Part shown: piece by piece, positions 34,800 to 44,474 of the stretch | Layout: every line of letters begins with the position of its first letter | How positions within the stretch are numbered: the stretch's first letter is position 1 | Assembly (NCBI GenBank): GCA_043742785.1 | Contig: JAYTXU010000063.1 | Location: forward strand, 7,997-71,996 | Source of the DNA: Candidatus Omnitrophota bacterium | GTDB lineage: Bacteria; Omnitrophota; Gorgyraeia; Zapsychrales; Fredricksoniimonadaceae | DNA length: 64,000 nucleotides | Direction of reading: 5' to 3' | Program-made: the position numbers and the translations under genes | The notes under the pieces: generated by a model | Seen by the model: the letters and a program-made list of their open reading frames with translations, nothing else | Databases searched by the model: none | Told to the model about the DNA's origin: nothing

Positions 34800-35692
34800 A
34801 AGAAATAATTAGTGAGTTCATTAATTATTTAGCCGTTGAACGTGGATTGGCTAAAAACACTTTGTCAGCCTATACGAGAGACTTAGAGAAATATATTAAA
34901 TTTTTATCAGGCAAGAAGATCATAAATCCCAATAGCGTCAGTCGCGAGCAAGTGACTAGTTTTATGATGGATATGAAAAAGAATGGCAGATTATCCGCCA
35001 CTTCTATTTGCAGGCATTTAGCTGCAATTAAAATGTTTCACCGATTCATGGTTCGAGAGAATTTTTCTAAGGAAGATCCAACAACCTTGATTGATACTCC
35101 TAAAACCTTTAAAAGAGTGCCCGAGGTATTAACTCAAAAAGAAATTGAGAATATTCTGCAGGTGGCACAGGATAATGCGAAGGATAAAAGGCACAAAAGA
35201 GATTATGTCATTATAGAGCTTTTTTATGCGTCGGGTATGCGTGTTTCAGAGTTGGTGGATTTAAAGGTGAATAGTGTTAATTTAGATGTTGGTTTTGTTC
35301 GTGCTATGGGTAAGGGTAGTAAGGAAAGAATTATCCCCATTGGCAGAAAAGCTAGAGAAGCTTTGGCATATTATTGTGAGAAAGTAAGGCCAAAGCTATT
35401 AAAAACAGCATCGACGGATAGCTTATTCTTAAGTCAACAAAAGAAAAGAATGAGTCGGCAATGTGTATGGAAAATCATTAAGGATTGTGCGCGCTTAGCT
35501 GGGATTAAAAAAAATATTAAACCACACACGTTAAGACATACTTTTGCCACCCATCTTCTAGAGCATGGGGCGGATTTAAGATCGGTGCAGGAAATGTTGG
35601 GTCATGTAGATATTTCCACGACGCAGATTTATACACATGTGGATCGCGAGCGTTTAAAGAGTGTACATAAAGAATTTCATCCTCGCGGATAG
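34796..35692 (+). CDS. xerD: Tyrosine site-specific recombinase XerC/XerD family
   Basis: C-terminal catalytic motifs HTLRHTFATHLLEHGADLRSVQEMLGHVDISTTQIYTHV (R..HxxR..Y); 298 aa; ATGA overlap with upstream gene. Confidence 0.8.
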   Translation: MKEIISEFINYLAVERGLAKNTLSAYTRDLEKYIKFLSGKKIINPNSVSREQVTSFMMDMKKNGRLSATSICRHLAAIKMFHRFMVRENFSKEDPTTLIDTPKTFKRVPEVLTQKEIENILQVAQDNAKDKRHKRDYVIIELFYASGMRVSELVDLKVNSVNLDVGFVRAMGKGSKERIIPIGRKAREALAYYCEKVRPKLLKTASTDSLFLSQQKKRMSRQCVWKIIKDCARLAGIKKNIKPHTLRHTFATHLLEHGADLRSVQEMLGHVDISTTQIYTHVDRERLKSVHKEFHPRG

Positions 35693-35698
35693 GTTTTT

Positions 35699-36421
35699 AT
35701 GAAAGATATATTATCCAGGTTAAATAAGAAGTTGTTAAAAATTGTTTCTGACAGCGGAATATTATCCAGTCAGATGGGTTTTCGCGCCTATTTGGTGGGT
35801 GGGCCGGTGAGAGATTTATTATTGAAGCGTCCTAATCTGGATATCGATATTACGGTGGAAGGAAACGCTATGCGTTTGGCTGAAGAGTTTGCAGCAAAGC
35901 ATGAGGGGGCGAAGATTGTCAAATACCCAGCGTTTAAAACAGCAACGGTAACCTTATCCGATGGGCAGATGGTTGATTTTACGACCGCCCGCAAAGAAAC
36001 TTACAGTCGAGGTGGGGTTTTCCCGGCAGTTGTGCCATCAATACTTAAAGACGATCTTTACCGTAGGGACTTTACAATCAACGCGATGGCTGTGGGTATT
36101 AATCCAGAGTCCTGGGGCAAGATCATCGATCCTTTTGGTGGGGAAAAAGATTTAAAAGCAAAGCGGATTCGTATTCTGCATGAGAAGAGTTTTCAGGATG
36201 ATCCTACTCGTATTGTGCGGGCAGCCCGTTTTAAAGCACGATTTGGTTTTAATGTTGATAGAAAGACTATGAAGATTTTAAAAGACGCCGTTGATACTAA
36301 GGCTTTAGAGACAATCAAACCGCAAAGATATATGAAAGAGTTTAATAAGATATTAAAAGAACAAACATCTAGCCAAGCGATTCAATGTTTAAAATTATGG
36401 GAAGCGTATAATCCTCGTTAA
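35699..36421 (+). CDS. PolyA_pol-type nucleotidyltransferase head domain protein (CCA-adding enzyme / poly(A) polymerase family), unusually short (240 aa)
   Basis: Class-II NTase head motifs YLVGGPVRDLLL and NLDIDITVEG; RxxRF-like neck region (RIVRAARFKARFGF); no body/tail region. Confidence 0.65.
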   Translation: MKDILSRLNKKLLKIVSDSGILSSQMGFRAYLVGGPVRDLLLKRPNLDIDITVEGNAMRLAEEFAAKHEGAKIVKYPAFKTATVTLSDGQMVDFTTARKETYSRGGVFPAVVPSILKDDLYRRDFTINAMAVGINPESWGKIIDPFGGEKDLKAKRIRILHEKSFQDDPTRIVRAARFKARFGFNVDRKTMKILKDAVDTKALETIKPQRYMKEFNKILKEQTSSQAIQCLKLWEAYNPR

Positions 36422-36444
36422 TCAAAAGCGAGGGTAAAGGGAGG

Positions 36445-36804
36445 GTGTTCATTATGCGTATGGATAAGGTTAATGAATTAATTAAGCGTGAACTTGGTAA
36501 TATGATTCTTTTTGGGGATATTAATGACCCAAGAGTCAGTCTTGTTAGCATTATGAGTGTGGATGTTAGTAAGGATCTGCGTTATGCGCGTGTTAAGTTT
36601 AGTGTTTTAAAAGATGATCCTCAAATGATTAAGAATGCCACCGAAGGCCTAGAGAGCTGTCGGGGTTTTATCCGCAAATTAATAGGGCCGCGTTTGAAAT
36701 TACGATATACACCGGAAATTCATTTTTATTTTGATAAGGGTGTTCAATATGCCGCTCAAATTGATATGACATTGGCGGAAATAAAGAAAAATATTCAACA
36801 ATAA
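36445..36804 (+). CDS. rbfA: Ribosome-binding factor A
   Basis: RbfA-like N-terminus RMDKVNELIKRELGNMI and KH-like fold length; alternative start at 36454. Confidence 0.75.
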   Translation: MFIMRMDKVNELIKRELGNMILFGDINDPRVSLVSIMSVDVSKDLRYARVKFSVLKDDPQMIKNATEGLESCRGFIRKLIGPRLKLRYTPEIHFYFDKGVQYAAQIDMTLAEIKKNIQQ

Positions 36805-36814
36805 GGAAAAACTT

Positions 36815-37774
36815 ATGAGTTCTATAAAAGCGGTTTTAGCAGAGATCAAAAAATATAAAAGTTTTTTAGTAACTACTCATCACACTCCGGATGCCGATGC
36901 CGCTTGTTCAGCCTTGGCCATGGCCTTGGTGTTGAAAAAGATGGGAAAGAAGGCTGTTGTCGTTAATGAAGATGTTTTACCAGTTTGGTTCTATTTCTTA
37001 CCTGGGGCTAAGAATTTTCATAAGAAGGCTAATATTGCTCAAACTTCTTTTGATGCAGTGATTGCTTTAGACTGCGGAGATCTAGAACGCGTTGGTGGAG
37101 TCAGTAAATGGTTTAGTGGACAAAGGGTGATCAATATCGACCATCATATTACCAACGATGCTTTTGGGGATGTGAATTTAGTCTTGGCTCAATCTTCCTC
37201 AACTTGTGAGATTCTTTTTGATTTGTTTAAAGCTGCTCAAGTTAAATTAAATAAGGATTTAGCTGTGCTTTTGTACTCGGGGATTATGACAGATACAGGT
37301 TCCTTCCGTTATGATAATACTACTTCTAAAACTCATGAAATTGTTGCAGAGCTTATGAAATTTGGTTTATCAGCGTCAGATTTGTATCAGCGTCATTATG
37401 TGGGGATTCCATCTAAAGATATTAGAGGGTTTGTGGATGTTATTCATAGTGCTGAGCTTTTATTAAAGAATAAGGTTTATTGTGTACTTTTATCTAAGAA
37501 GATAATGGAAAGTTTTTCTAAAGGTTTTGATTTAAAAGAGAAGATATTTGGATTTTTACGCTCTGTGGAGGGAATTGAAGTTGTTGTAATTTTAAGTGAA
37601 ATGAATTCTAAACAGACACGAATTAATTTACGTAGTCAGAATAGCTTTGATGTAGCTAAGTTAGCTTCTCAATTTAACGGCGGGGGACACAAGAAGGCTG
37701 CAGGAGCAAAAGTAGAAAAAGGGTTGGAAGAATCTAAAAAGAAAATATTAGCCGCTATTAAGAGGAGTATATGA
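36815..37774 (+). CDS. nrnA: DHH/DHHA1 family phosphoesterase (NrnA-like bifunctional oligoribonuclease / pAp phosphatase)
   Basis: DHH motifs (HHTPDADA, NIDHH) and DHHA1 GGGH motif (FNGGGHKKAAGAKV). Confidence 0.75.
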   Translation: MSSIKAVLAEIKKYKSFLVTTHHTPDADAACSALAMALVLKKMGKKAVVVNEDVLPVWFYFLPGAKNFHKKANIAQTSFDAVIALDCGDLERVGGVSKWFSGQRVINIDHHITNDAFGDVNLVLAQSSSTCEILFDLFKAAQVKLNKDLAVLLYSGIMTDTGSFRYDNTTSKTHEIVAELMKFGLSASDLYQRHYVGIPSKDIRGFVDVIHSAELLLKNKVYCVLLSKKIMESFSKGFDLKEKIFGFLRSVEGIEVVVILSEMNSKQTRINLRSQNSFDVAKLASQFNGGGHKKAAGAKVEKGLEESKKKILAAIKRSI

Positions 37775-38463
37775 ATCTCGCAACAAAGAATCCTAGGCAG
37801 TTAGAAGGAATTTTAAATATTAATAAACCAGGAGGAATTACTTCACATGATGTTGTTTCCTTTGTGCGTCGAAAGTTTAATATGAAGCAGGTTGGTCATG
37901 CTGGCACCTTGGATCCTTTGGCCACAGGAGTTCTAATTATTTTATTAGGGAAGTCGACGAAGCTTTTTGATCAATTTGTTGCTTTTGATAAGGCCTATCG
38001 GGCAACTTTAAAGCTTGGTTTAAAAACGACAACGGCTGATATTATGGGAAAAACTCTTGAAGAGAAATCTTCAGAGGGTATTGATCAACAAAAAGTAGAA
38101 AATGTTTTTAAGACATTTACCGGCGATATTGAACAAGTACCACCCATGGTTTCTGCTGTTAAACATAAGGGAGAGCGTTTGTATAAAATTGCCTGGAAGG
38201 GAATAGAAGTTGAACGTGTGGCACGCAAGGTACGCATTAATGATTTGCATGTTCTTAAATTTGACTCTCCTTTGGTAGAATTTTTTATGGATTGTTCTAA
38301 GGGTACCTATGTGCGTCAATTAGCAGAAGATGTTGGTGATGTTTTAGGATGTGGGGCTTGTATTTCCCAGATTGAACGTACTCGTGTTGGATATTTTGAT
38401 ATTAAAGATTCAGTTTCCTTAGAGGATCTTAATGAAGGTCATATACGGTCTTGGACCAATTAA
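37771..38463 (+). CDS. truB: tRNA pseudouridine(55) synthase
   Basis: Catalytic motif GHAGTLDPLATGVLIILLGKSTK; 230 aa; ATGA overlap with nrnA. Confidence 0.85.
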   Translation: MNLATKNPRQLEGILNINKPGGITSHDVVSFVRRKFNMKQVGHAGTLDPLATGVLIILLGKSTKLFDQFVAFDKAYRATLKLGLKTTTADIMGKTLEEKSSEGIDQQKVENVFKTFTGDIEQVPPMVSAVKHKGERLYKIAWKGIEVERVARKVRINDLHVLKFDSPLVEFFMDCSKGTYVRQLAEDVGDVLGCGACISQIERTRVGYFDIKDSVSLEDLNEGHIRSWTN

Positions 38464-39358
38464 TTTAAAGAAGACAGCTGTTGCGATTGGCATCTTTGAT
38501 GGAGTTCATCGTGGGCATCAGCTTTTGATTAAAAGCATGGTGGCTCAAGCGCGTCGATTGAAGGCCAAGGCTGTTGTCGTCACTTTCTTCCCTCACCCGG
38601 CTCATGTTCTTCGTCCCGACATATCTTTGCCCTATTTGATATCATTAGAACATCGACTCAAACTTCTGGAAGATTTGGGAGTGGATCTTGTATTTGTAAT
38701 TCGTTTTAACAAAAGTTTTGCTAGAATTAATCCGCTTCATTTTATTGAAAAAGTTTTAGTGGCCCAAATGGGAGTTAAATCTGTTTATGTAGGGGGAAAT
38801 TTTCGTTTTGGCAAAGATCGCAGCGGTGATATCAACCTGTTTAAAAAGTTGTCTCAAAAGTATGATTATCACATGCATGCGGTGAAGATCTTGAAACAAT
38901 CTGGTGAGGTGATCAGTAGCGGCCGCTTAAGGCAGCTGATTCCGCAAGGAAGATTAAAAGAATCGTCCCAATTACTTGGACGGCCGGTGTCTATCTTAGG
39001 GAAGGTTATTCGTGGCTCATCTAGAGGTAAATCTTTAGGGTATCCTACAGCAAATGTGCAGTATGCCTGTGATGTCCTGCCGCCTTGCGGAGTTTACGCG
39101 GTTAAAGTTGTTTTAGGTAAGAAGGTTTTGTATGGAATGGCGAATTTAGGGATACGTCCTTCCTTTAAAGAGAAAGATCCTAAGCTGAATTTAGAGGTTC
39201 ATATTTTTGATTTTAACCGTAATTTGTATGGTCAGATAATTTTAGTTGAATTCCTTAAGAAAATCCGTAATGAAATAAAATTCTTCTCTAAAGAAGATCT
39301 TATTTCTCAAATCAATAAAGATGAGTCTATCATCCGCTGCTTGCTCCACGTGAAGTAA
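38432..39358 (+). CDS. ribF: Bifunctional riboflavin kinase / FMN adenylyltransferase
   Basis: N-terminal FAD synthetase (AIGIFDGVHRGHQ) and C-terminal riboflavin kinase (PTANV..., GxY) regions; 308 aa. Confidence 0.85.
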   Translation: MKVIYGLGPINLKKTAVAIGIFDGVHRGHQLLIKSMVAQARRLKAKAVVVTFFPHPAHVLRPDISLPYLISLEHRLKLLEDLGVDLVFVIRFNKSFARINPLHFIEKVLVAQMGVKSVYVGGNFRFGKDRSGDINLFKKLSQKYDYHMHAVKILKQSGEVISSGRLRQLIPQGRLKESSQLLGRPVSILGKVIRGSSRGKSLGYPTANVQYACDVLPPCGVYAVKVVLGKKVLYGMANLGIRPSFKEKDPKLNLEVHIFDFNRNLYGQIILVEFLKKIRNEIKFFSKEDLISQINKDESIIRCLLHVK

Positions 39359-39446
39359 ATTCCTCTCTGAATCTTCTTATACTTTTTATTCAAAATTAAT
39401 ATGATTTCGGTCTAGCTAGCCCTTAAAGATTTAAATATTTTGTTTA

Positions 39447-39475
39447 TTGACAGGGGAAGAGAGTGTGTTTATACT
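39447..39475 (+). promoter_or_regulatory. Sigma70-type promoter of the dcw cluster (Pmra): TTGACA (39447-52), 17-nt spacer, TATACT (39470-75)
   Basis: Same hexamers and spacing as the rib promoter; 70 nt upstream of mraZ ATG. Confidence 0.6.
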
Positions 39476-39484
39476 TTCAATTAA

Positions 39485-39510
39485 GTGGAGTAGGGTGGAG
39501 TGAAGTGGTG
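39485..39510 (+). promoter_or_regulatory. Candidate MraZ operator: three direct repeats GTGGAG / GTGGAG / GTGGTG at exact 10-bp phasing
   Basis: Repeats at 39485-90, 39495-500, 39505-10, starting ~10 nt downstream of the -10; MraZ operators in other bacteria are 3+ direct GTGG-type repeats with 10-nt periodicity near the mraZ TSS. Confidence 0.55.
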
Positions 39511-39545
39511 AAGCCAAAGGTCTACCTGTTTCTGGAGGTTTTAGT

Positions 39546-39992
39546 ATGTTTTATGGGGAATACAATCACGGTATTGATAATAAAGGCCGTTTGATCTTGC
39601 CTTCGCGTTTTCGCGAAGTGTCCAAAGAAAATGGTGTTGAGAAGTTTTTTGTTACTCGTGGATTAGATCGTTGTATTTTTATGTTCGCTGATCAACAGTG
39701 GCGCTTAGAAGAGCAGAAATTTAAAAATTTATCTTTTACTAAGCAGGAAGCTCGAAACTTTAATCGTATGTTTTTTTCTGGAGCTGTTGAAGTTTCCCCC
39801 GACAAACAAGGAAGATTTGTTCTTCCTCAATATTTGAAAGATTTTGCTGGCATTAAAAAGGATGCGGTGGTTATCGGAGTTTCTAATCGAATAGAAATTT
39901 GGCAGACTCATGCTTGGACCGAGTTTTATGCCAGAACAAGTGTCGATTTTGAAAAGACCGCTGAGAACATGATGGATTTAGGCGGCGGGTAG
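39546..39992 (+). CDS. mraZ: Transcriptional regulator MraZ
   Basis: Duplicated MraZ/SpoVT-AbrB-like halves with DxxGR motifs (IDNKGRLILP, PDKQGRFVLP); 148 aa; SD GGAGG. Confidence 0.85.
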   Translation: MFYGEYNHGIDNKGRLILPSRFREVSKENGVEKFFVTRGLDRCIFMFADQQWRLEEQKFKNLSFTKQEARNFNRMFFSGAVEVSPDKQGRFVLPQYLKDFAGIKKDAVVIGVSNRIEIWQTHAWTEFYARTSVDFEKTAENMMDLGGG

Positions 39993-40000
39993 GTGTTTCT

Positions 40001-40897
40001 TTGAATCAAAATGTGCATATTTCAGTCATGCCAGAAGAAGTCATGCATTGGCTGAATGTTAAGCCAGGTACTGTTATTGTTGATGGTACCGTAGGGTTAG
40101 CCGGACACTCATTGTTAATAGCTCAAGCGTTAGGTAAAAGCGGGCAGTTGATTGGTATTGATCGTGACCATTGTTCTTTAACTGAAGCTAAGAGGCGTTT
40201 GGCGTCTTGTTGTACAAGGGTTGATTTGTTGCAGGGGCCGTTTGGGGATGTTAAGCGCCTTTTAGCTGAAGTTAAGGTTGAGTTTGTTGATGGTGTGTTG
40301 TTGGATCTTGGAATATCCAGTTTTCAGTTAGATGATGAAAAACGCGGGTTTAGTTTTTTAAGAGATGGACCGCTGGATATGCGCATGGATCAAACACAAG
40401 GACCTACAGCAGCAGATTTAGTTAATTCTCTTAAAGAAGAAGAACTTGCAAAGATTATTGAAGACTTTGGTGAAGACCGATTTGCTAGGCGTATTGCTAA
40501 ATCCATTGTTTGGCGGCGCGCTCAAGACAAAATACTTACAACCAGTCAATTAGCGAACGTTGTTCTGAAGGCATTGCCAGCGAGTTATCAGCGTGGACGG
40601 ATTCATCCAGCAACGCGTACGTTTCAAGCTTTGCGTATTTTTCTTAATAAAGAGTTAGATACTCTAAAAGAGTCGCTCATTAATTGTTTTGAGGTGTTAA
40701 ATCCTCAAGCGAGATTATGTGTTATTTCATTCCATTCGCTAGAGGATCGTATTGCTAAGAATACGTTTAAGAGTTTGGCACAGGAAGGTCGGGGACAGAT
40801 TTTGACAAAAAAACCGTTTGAACCGACGCATGTAGAGTGTCAGGCAAACTCTCGTTCAAGGAGTGCAAAGTTAAGAGTTATTGAAAGGACTTCATGA
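40001..40897 (+). CDS. rsmH: 16S rRNA (cytosine1402-N4)-methyltransferase
   Basis: HISVM..., SAM-binding VDGTVGLAGHS, DLGISS motif. Confidence 0.85.
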   Translation: MNQNVHISVMPEEVMHWLNVKPGTVIVDGTVGLAGHSLLIAQALGKSGQLIGIDRDHCSLTEAKRRLASCCTRVDLLQGPFGDVKRLLAEVKVEFVDGVLLDLGISSFQLDDEKRGFSFLRDGPLDMRMDQTQGPTAADLVNSLKEEELAKIIEDFGEDRFARRIAKSIVWRRAQDKILTTSQLANVVLKALPASYQRGRIHPATRTFQALRIFLNKELDTLKESLINCFEVLNPQARLCVISFHSLEDRIAKNTFKSLAQEGRGQILTKKPFEPTHVECQANSRSRSAKLRVIERTS

Positions 40898-41277
40898 ATT
40901 TAAAGTTCTGGGTTAAATTAATGTCTTTTATGACTATCATGGCCTTGATTTACATTCATATGCAGATGCAAATCTTTGATTTGGCGTATCAAGGCAGTGA
41001 CAAAGAAAAACATATGCATGAATTAAGAGATCGTAATGGTCTTTTGACCCACCAAGTTCTCACCCTTAAATCTGCTAATCATTTAGGTAATCAGCTTCTA
41101 GAGAAAGACGGTAATTTACAGTTTATGGCTAATGATCATGTGTTAACTTTAAAAGGGCCTGCAGTGTTGATCAGTCAGGTATCACCGCTTTCTATGAAAG
41201 GTAAAGGTGAGAATTCGTTATGGAATTTCTTGTCATTTTTGACTCCTCAAGAAGCCAAGGCTTGGGATCGTGAATAA
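40894..41277 (+). CDS. ftsL: FtsL-like cell division protein (single TM plus coiled coil)
   Basis: Position between rsmH and ftsI; N-terminal TM helix (MSFMTIMALIYIHM) followed by coiled-coil-like region. Confidence 0.5.
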   Translation: MNLKFWVKLMSFMTIMALIYIHMQMQIFDLAYQGSDKEKHMHELRDRNGLLTHQVLTLKSANHLGNQLLEKDGNLQFMANDHVLTLKGPAVLISQVSPLSMKGKGENSLWNFLSFLTPQEAKAWDRE

Positions 41278-41293
41278 ATAGATAGAGGAAGAA

Positions 41294-43003
41294 TTGTTTC
41301 TTAGAAAATACCCTTTTCGTCTTGCAATTGTTTTTCTGGTTTTATTAATGGGGTTTCTGTATTCTGCAGCATTTCTCTTTTATATTCAGATATTTCATTC
41401 TTCATTTTTAGCTCACCTCGCTCAGAAACAGCATGAACATCTAATTACCATAGACCCTAAACGAGGGACTATTTATGATCGTAATTTAAGGCCGATGGCT
41501 ATTAATCTTCCTGTTTATTCTGTTTATGTAAATGCTCGATCTATTAATATCCATCATAGCAAGGAAGAAATTGTATCGAAATTGTCTGAAATTCTACTTA
41601 TCCCAGCAAATCAAATTTCTACTAAGATTGCTAAGAATAAATACTTCGTTTGGGTTCAAAGAAAGATTTCTCAAGATGTTTATCAAAGATTAAAAGATTT
41701 GAAGTTGCCTGGGGTAGCATTTGTTAAAGAAAGTAAAAGATTTTATCCTAATCAAAGTTTAGCTGCTCATTTGATTGGTTTTGCAGGTATAGATAATAAT
41801 GGATTAGATGGATTGGAGAGAGACTACGACAAATATTTGAAAGGTCAGGAAGGACATTCTGTTATTTTGCGTGATGCCCGTCAGAGAGAATTGTTATTGG
41901 AGAAGAATTATATTGCTCCAGTTGAAGGATTAGATGTGGTTCTGACGATCGATGAGACAATTCAGTTTATCGCCGAACGGGCGTTGGATCGGATGTATCA
42001 AAAATATAATGCTAAGGGAGCTAGTATTATCGTGATGGATCCTTCAACAGGAGAGATTTTAGCTTTTGCTAATCGCCCCACCTATGATTTAGAGAATGTA
42101 TCTAAGAGTTCTCCAGAATCGAGAACTAATAGGGCGATTGTTTTTACTTACGAACCAGGTTCAGTCTTTAAAATTGTGACCGCTTCCGCAGCTTTGCAGG
42201 AAGGTGTTATCAAAGAAACCGATATGGTTAATTGTGAGCATGGGGCATACAAGGTTGGTAATCATATTTTACATGATCATGAAAAGTTGGGAACTATTAC
42301 CTTTAAAGAAGTAATCGAACAGTCGAGCAATATTGGAACAACGAAGGTGGCGCAACGGTTAGGTCCTCAGAGGGTTTATAATTATGCCCATCATTTTCGT
42401 TTTGGTATGCGGACAGGAATAGATCTTCCTGGAGAAGCTTTAGGTAATCTTAAATCAGTGCGTAAATGGTCGAAAACTTCTATTGGAGCGATTCCTATTG
42501 GTCAAGAAGTAACAGTAACTGCGGTTCAGTTGTTAGGAGCGATATCAGCAATCGCTAATAATGGGGTATATATGCGTCCATTTGTTGTTAAGTATGTAAA
42601 AGATATTCATGATCAAATCATAAAGGAAACTAAACCTCAAATTCTAGATCGAGTAATCTCTGTTAAAACAGCTTTACGTGTTAAAGCTATTTTGCAGGGA
42701 GTTGTTGAAAAAGGAACTGGTGTTAAAGCTCAAATTAATGGAATAACGGTGGCAGGAAAAACTGGAACAGCTCAAAAGGTTGTTGGGGGGACGTATTCTC
42801 ACGGGCAGTTTTATGCAACGTTTGTGGGATTTGCTCCTGTAGATAAACCGAGATTAGCGGCAGTGGTTGTTTTTGATGAACCTCATCCTGCTTATTATGG
42901 TGGGACGGTTGCTGCTCCTGTTTTTAGTGAGGTTATTGGGGATTCATTAAAGTATCTTGATGCTAAACAAATGACTGGAATATTATCAGGAGACCAAGGT
43001 TAG
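41294..43003 (+). CDS. ftsI: Peptidoglycan D,D-transpeptidase FtsI (class B PBP); TTG start
   Basis: N-terminal TM anchor; PBP dimerisation region; transpeptidase motifs (SVFK-type STFK, SSN, KTGT). Confidence 0.8.
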   Translation: MFLRKYPFRLAIVFLVLLMGFLYSAAFLFYIQIFHSSFLAHLAQKQHEHLITIDPKRGTIYDRNLRPMAINLPVYSVYVNARSINIHHSKEEIVSKLSEILLIPANQISTKIAKNKYFVWVQRKISQDVYQRLKDLKLPGVAFVKESKRFYPNQSLAAHLIGFAGIDNNGLDGLERDYDKYLKGQEGHSVILRDARQRELLLEKNYIAPVEGLDVVLTIDETIQFIAERALDRMYQKYNAKGASIIVMDPSTGEILAFANRPTYDLENVSKSSPESRTNRAIVFTYEPGSVFKIVTASAALQEGVIKETDMVNCEHGAYKVGNHILHDHEKLGTITFKEVIEQSSNIGTTKVAQRLGPQRVYNYAHHFRFGMRTGIDLPGEALGNLKSVRKWSKTSIGAIPIGQEVTVTAVQLLGAISAIANNGVYMRPFVVKYVKDIHDQIIKETKPQILDRVISVKTALRVKAILQGVVEKGTGVKAQINGITVAGKTGTAQKVVGGTYSHGQFYATFVGFAPVDKPRLAAVVVFDEPHPAYYGGTVAAPVFSEVIGDSLKYLDAKQMTGILSGDQG

Positions 43004-43004
43004 G

Positions 43005-44474
43005 ATGATTCTCAAAGAGTTATTAAAAGATGTTTATTCAAAACCTTTATCTGAGGCTTTTCAGGAAAGTGTTATTGAAAGAATCAGCTGTGATTCTCGT
43101 CAACAGCAGGATCAAGGATTATTTGTTGCTTTAAGTGGTTTTGAAGTGAATGGGGAAGATTTTATTCAAGATGCGGTTTGTCAGGGAGCCGTAGCTGTTG
43201 CCAAAAAAGGAAGTAACAGAAGATTATCCAATTACATCATTCCAGATTCGGTTTGTGTTTTAGATGTGGATGATCCGAAACTCTTTCTACGTCAGATTGC
43301 CTTGCGTTTTTTTGACAACCCTTCTCATAAGGTTAGAACCATAGGAGTGACTGGGACCAATGGCAAAACAACGATTACTTATTTGCTAGAAAGTATTCTT
43401 AAATGGAATAATCAAGCGAGTGCTGTTATTGGTACAATTAATTATCGGATTGCAGGTAAGGTTTTACCATCAAAGCTTACGACTCCTGGGTTTCTAGAGA
43501 TTCAAGGGTATTTAAGTTCTTTGGTGGTTTCCCAAATCCCTTATTGTGTTATGGAGGTTTCTGCTCATGCTCTTGAGCAAGGCCGAGTGGACGGTATTAA
43601 TTTTGCCAGTGCTGTTTTTACGAATTTGACTCAGGATCATTTAGATTATTTTAAAAATATGGAATCTTATTTTAGAGCTAAGTCCATCTTGTTTGAGAAT
43701 TTAGAGAGCAATGTAGCAGCGATTATTAATGCTGATGATAGTTATGCTCGTCGTTTATTCAGTTTATCTAAGGGGAAGAATTTAACCTATGCCATTAAAG
43801 CGGATGCAGATGTAAGGGCTGTTAATATTCATTATTCTTTAAAGGGAACACAGATGGGGGTGGTGCTCCCCCAAGGAAGAATGACGATTGAGACGAAATT
43901 TATTGGAGAGCATAATGTTTATAATATCTTGGCTGCTTGTGCGTGCGCTTTTAAAGAAGGAATTGCTTTAGACAAGATACGCCAGGGTATAGAGGATTTA
44001 ATTTGTGTACCAGGTAGGCTAGAACCTGTGGATGTTGGCCAGAATTTTCATGTGTTTATCGATTATGCACATACTCCAGATGGTTTGATTAATGTTTTAA
44101 AAGCATTAAGAGTAGTTAGTCAAAATAAGATAATCTTAGTTTTTGGCTGCGGTGGAGACCGTGATAAAACTAAGAGGCCTTTAATGGGCAAAGCAGCTTG
44201 CGAATTGGCAAATTATTCTATTGTGACTAGTGATAATCCTCGCAGCGAGAATCCTGAGACTATTATTGAGGAAATTAAAACAGGGTTTACAAAATCTAAT
44301 TATGAAATCATTCTTGATCGCAAGGAAGCAATTGCCCGAGCCATTAAGATGGCTATGCCTAGTGACATTGTTCTAGTTGCTGGTAAGGGACATGAAGATT
44401 ATCAAATTTTGAAAGACCACACTATTGAGTTTGATGAACGTAAAATTATACAAGAGTTGTTAGAGAGGAATTAA
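43005..44474 (+). CDS. murE: UDP-N-acetylmuramoyl-L-alanyl-D-glutamate--2,6-diaminopimelate ligase
   Basis: Mur ligase P-loop GVTGTNGKTT; C-terminal DNPR motif (meso-DAP type). Confidence 0.85.
   Translation: MILKELLKDVYSKPLSEAFQESVIERISCDSRQQQDQGLFVALSGFEVNGEDFIQDAVCQGAVAVAKKGSNRRLSNYIIPDSVCVLDVDDPKLFLRQIALRFFDNPSHKVRTIGVTGTNGKTTITYLLESILKWNNQASAVIGTINYRIAGKVLPSKLTTPGFLEIQGYLSSLVVSQIPYCVMEVSAHALEQGRVDGINFASAVFTNLTQDHLDYFKNMESYFRAKSILFENLESNVAAIINADDSYARRLFSLSKGKNLTYAIKADADVRAVNIHYSLKGTQMGVVLPQGRMTIETKFIGEHNVYNILAACACAFKEGIALDKIRQGIEDLICVPGRLEPVDVGQNFHVFIDYAHTPDGLINVLKALRVVSQNKIILVFGCGGDRDKTKRPLMGKAACELANYSIVTSDNPRSENPETIIEEIKTGFTKSNYEIILDRKEAIARAIKMAMPSDIVLVAGKGHEDYQILKDHTIEFDERKIIQELLERN

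Noticed and set aside
34796-35692. Tyrosine recombinase as the integrase of the giant-gene island
   Set aside because: It is ~3 kb beyond the tRNA, separated by acyP/ligA. It has the full XerC/D catalytic signature in a housekeeping context, so it is more likely the chromosome-dimer-resolution recombinase than a phage/ICE integrase.
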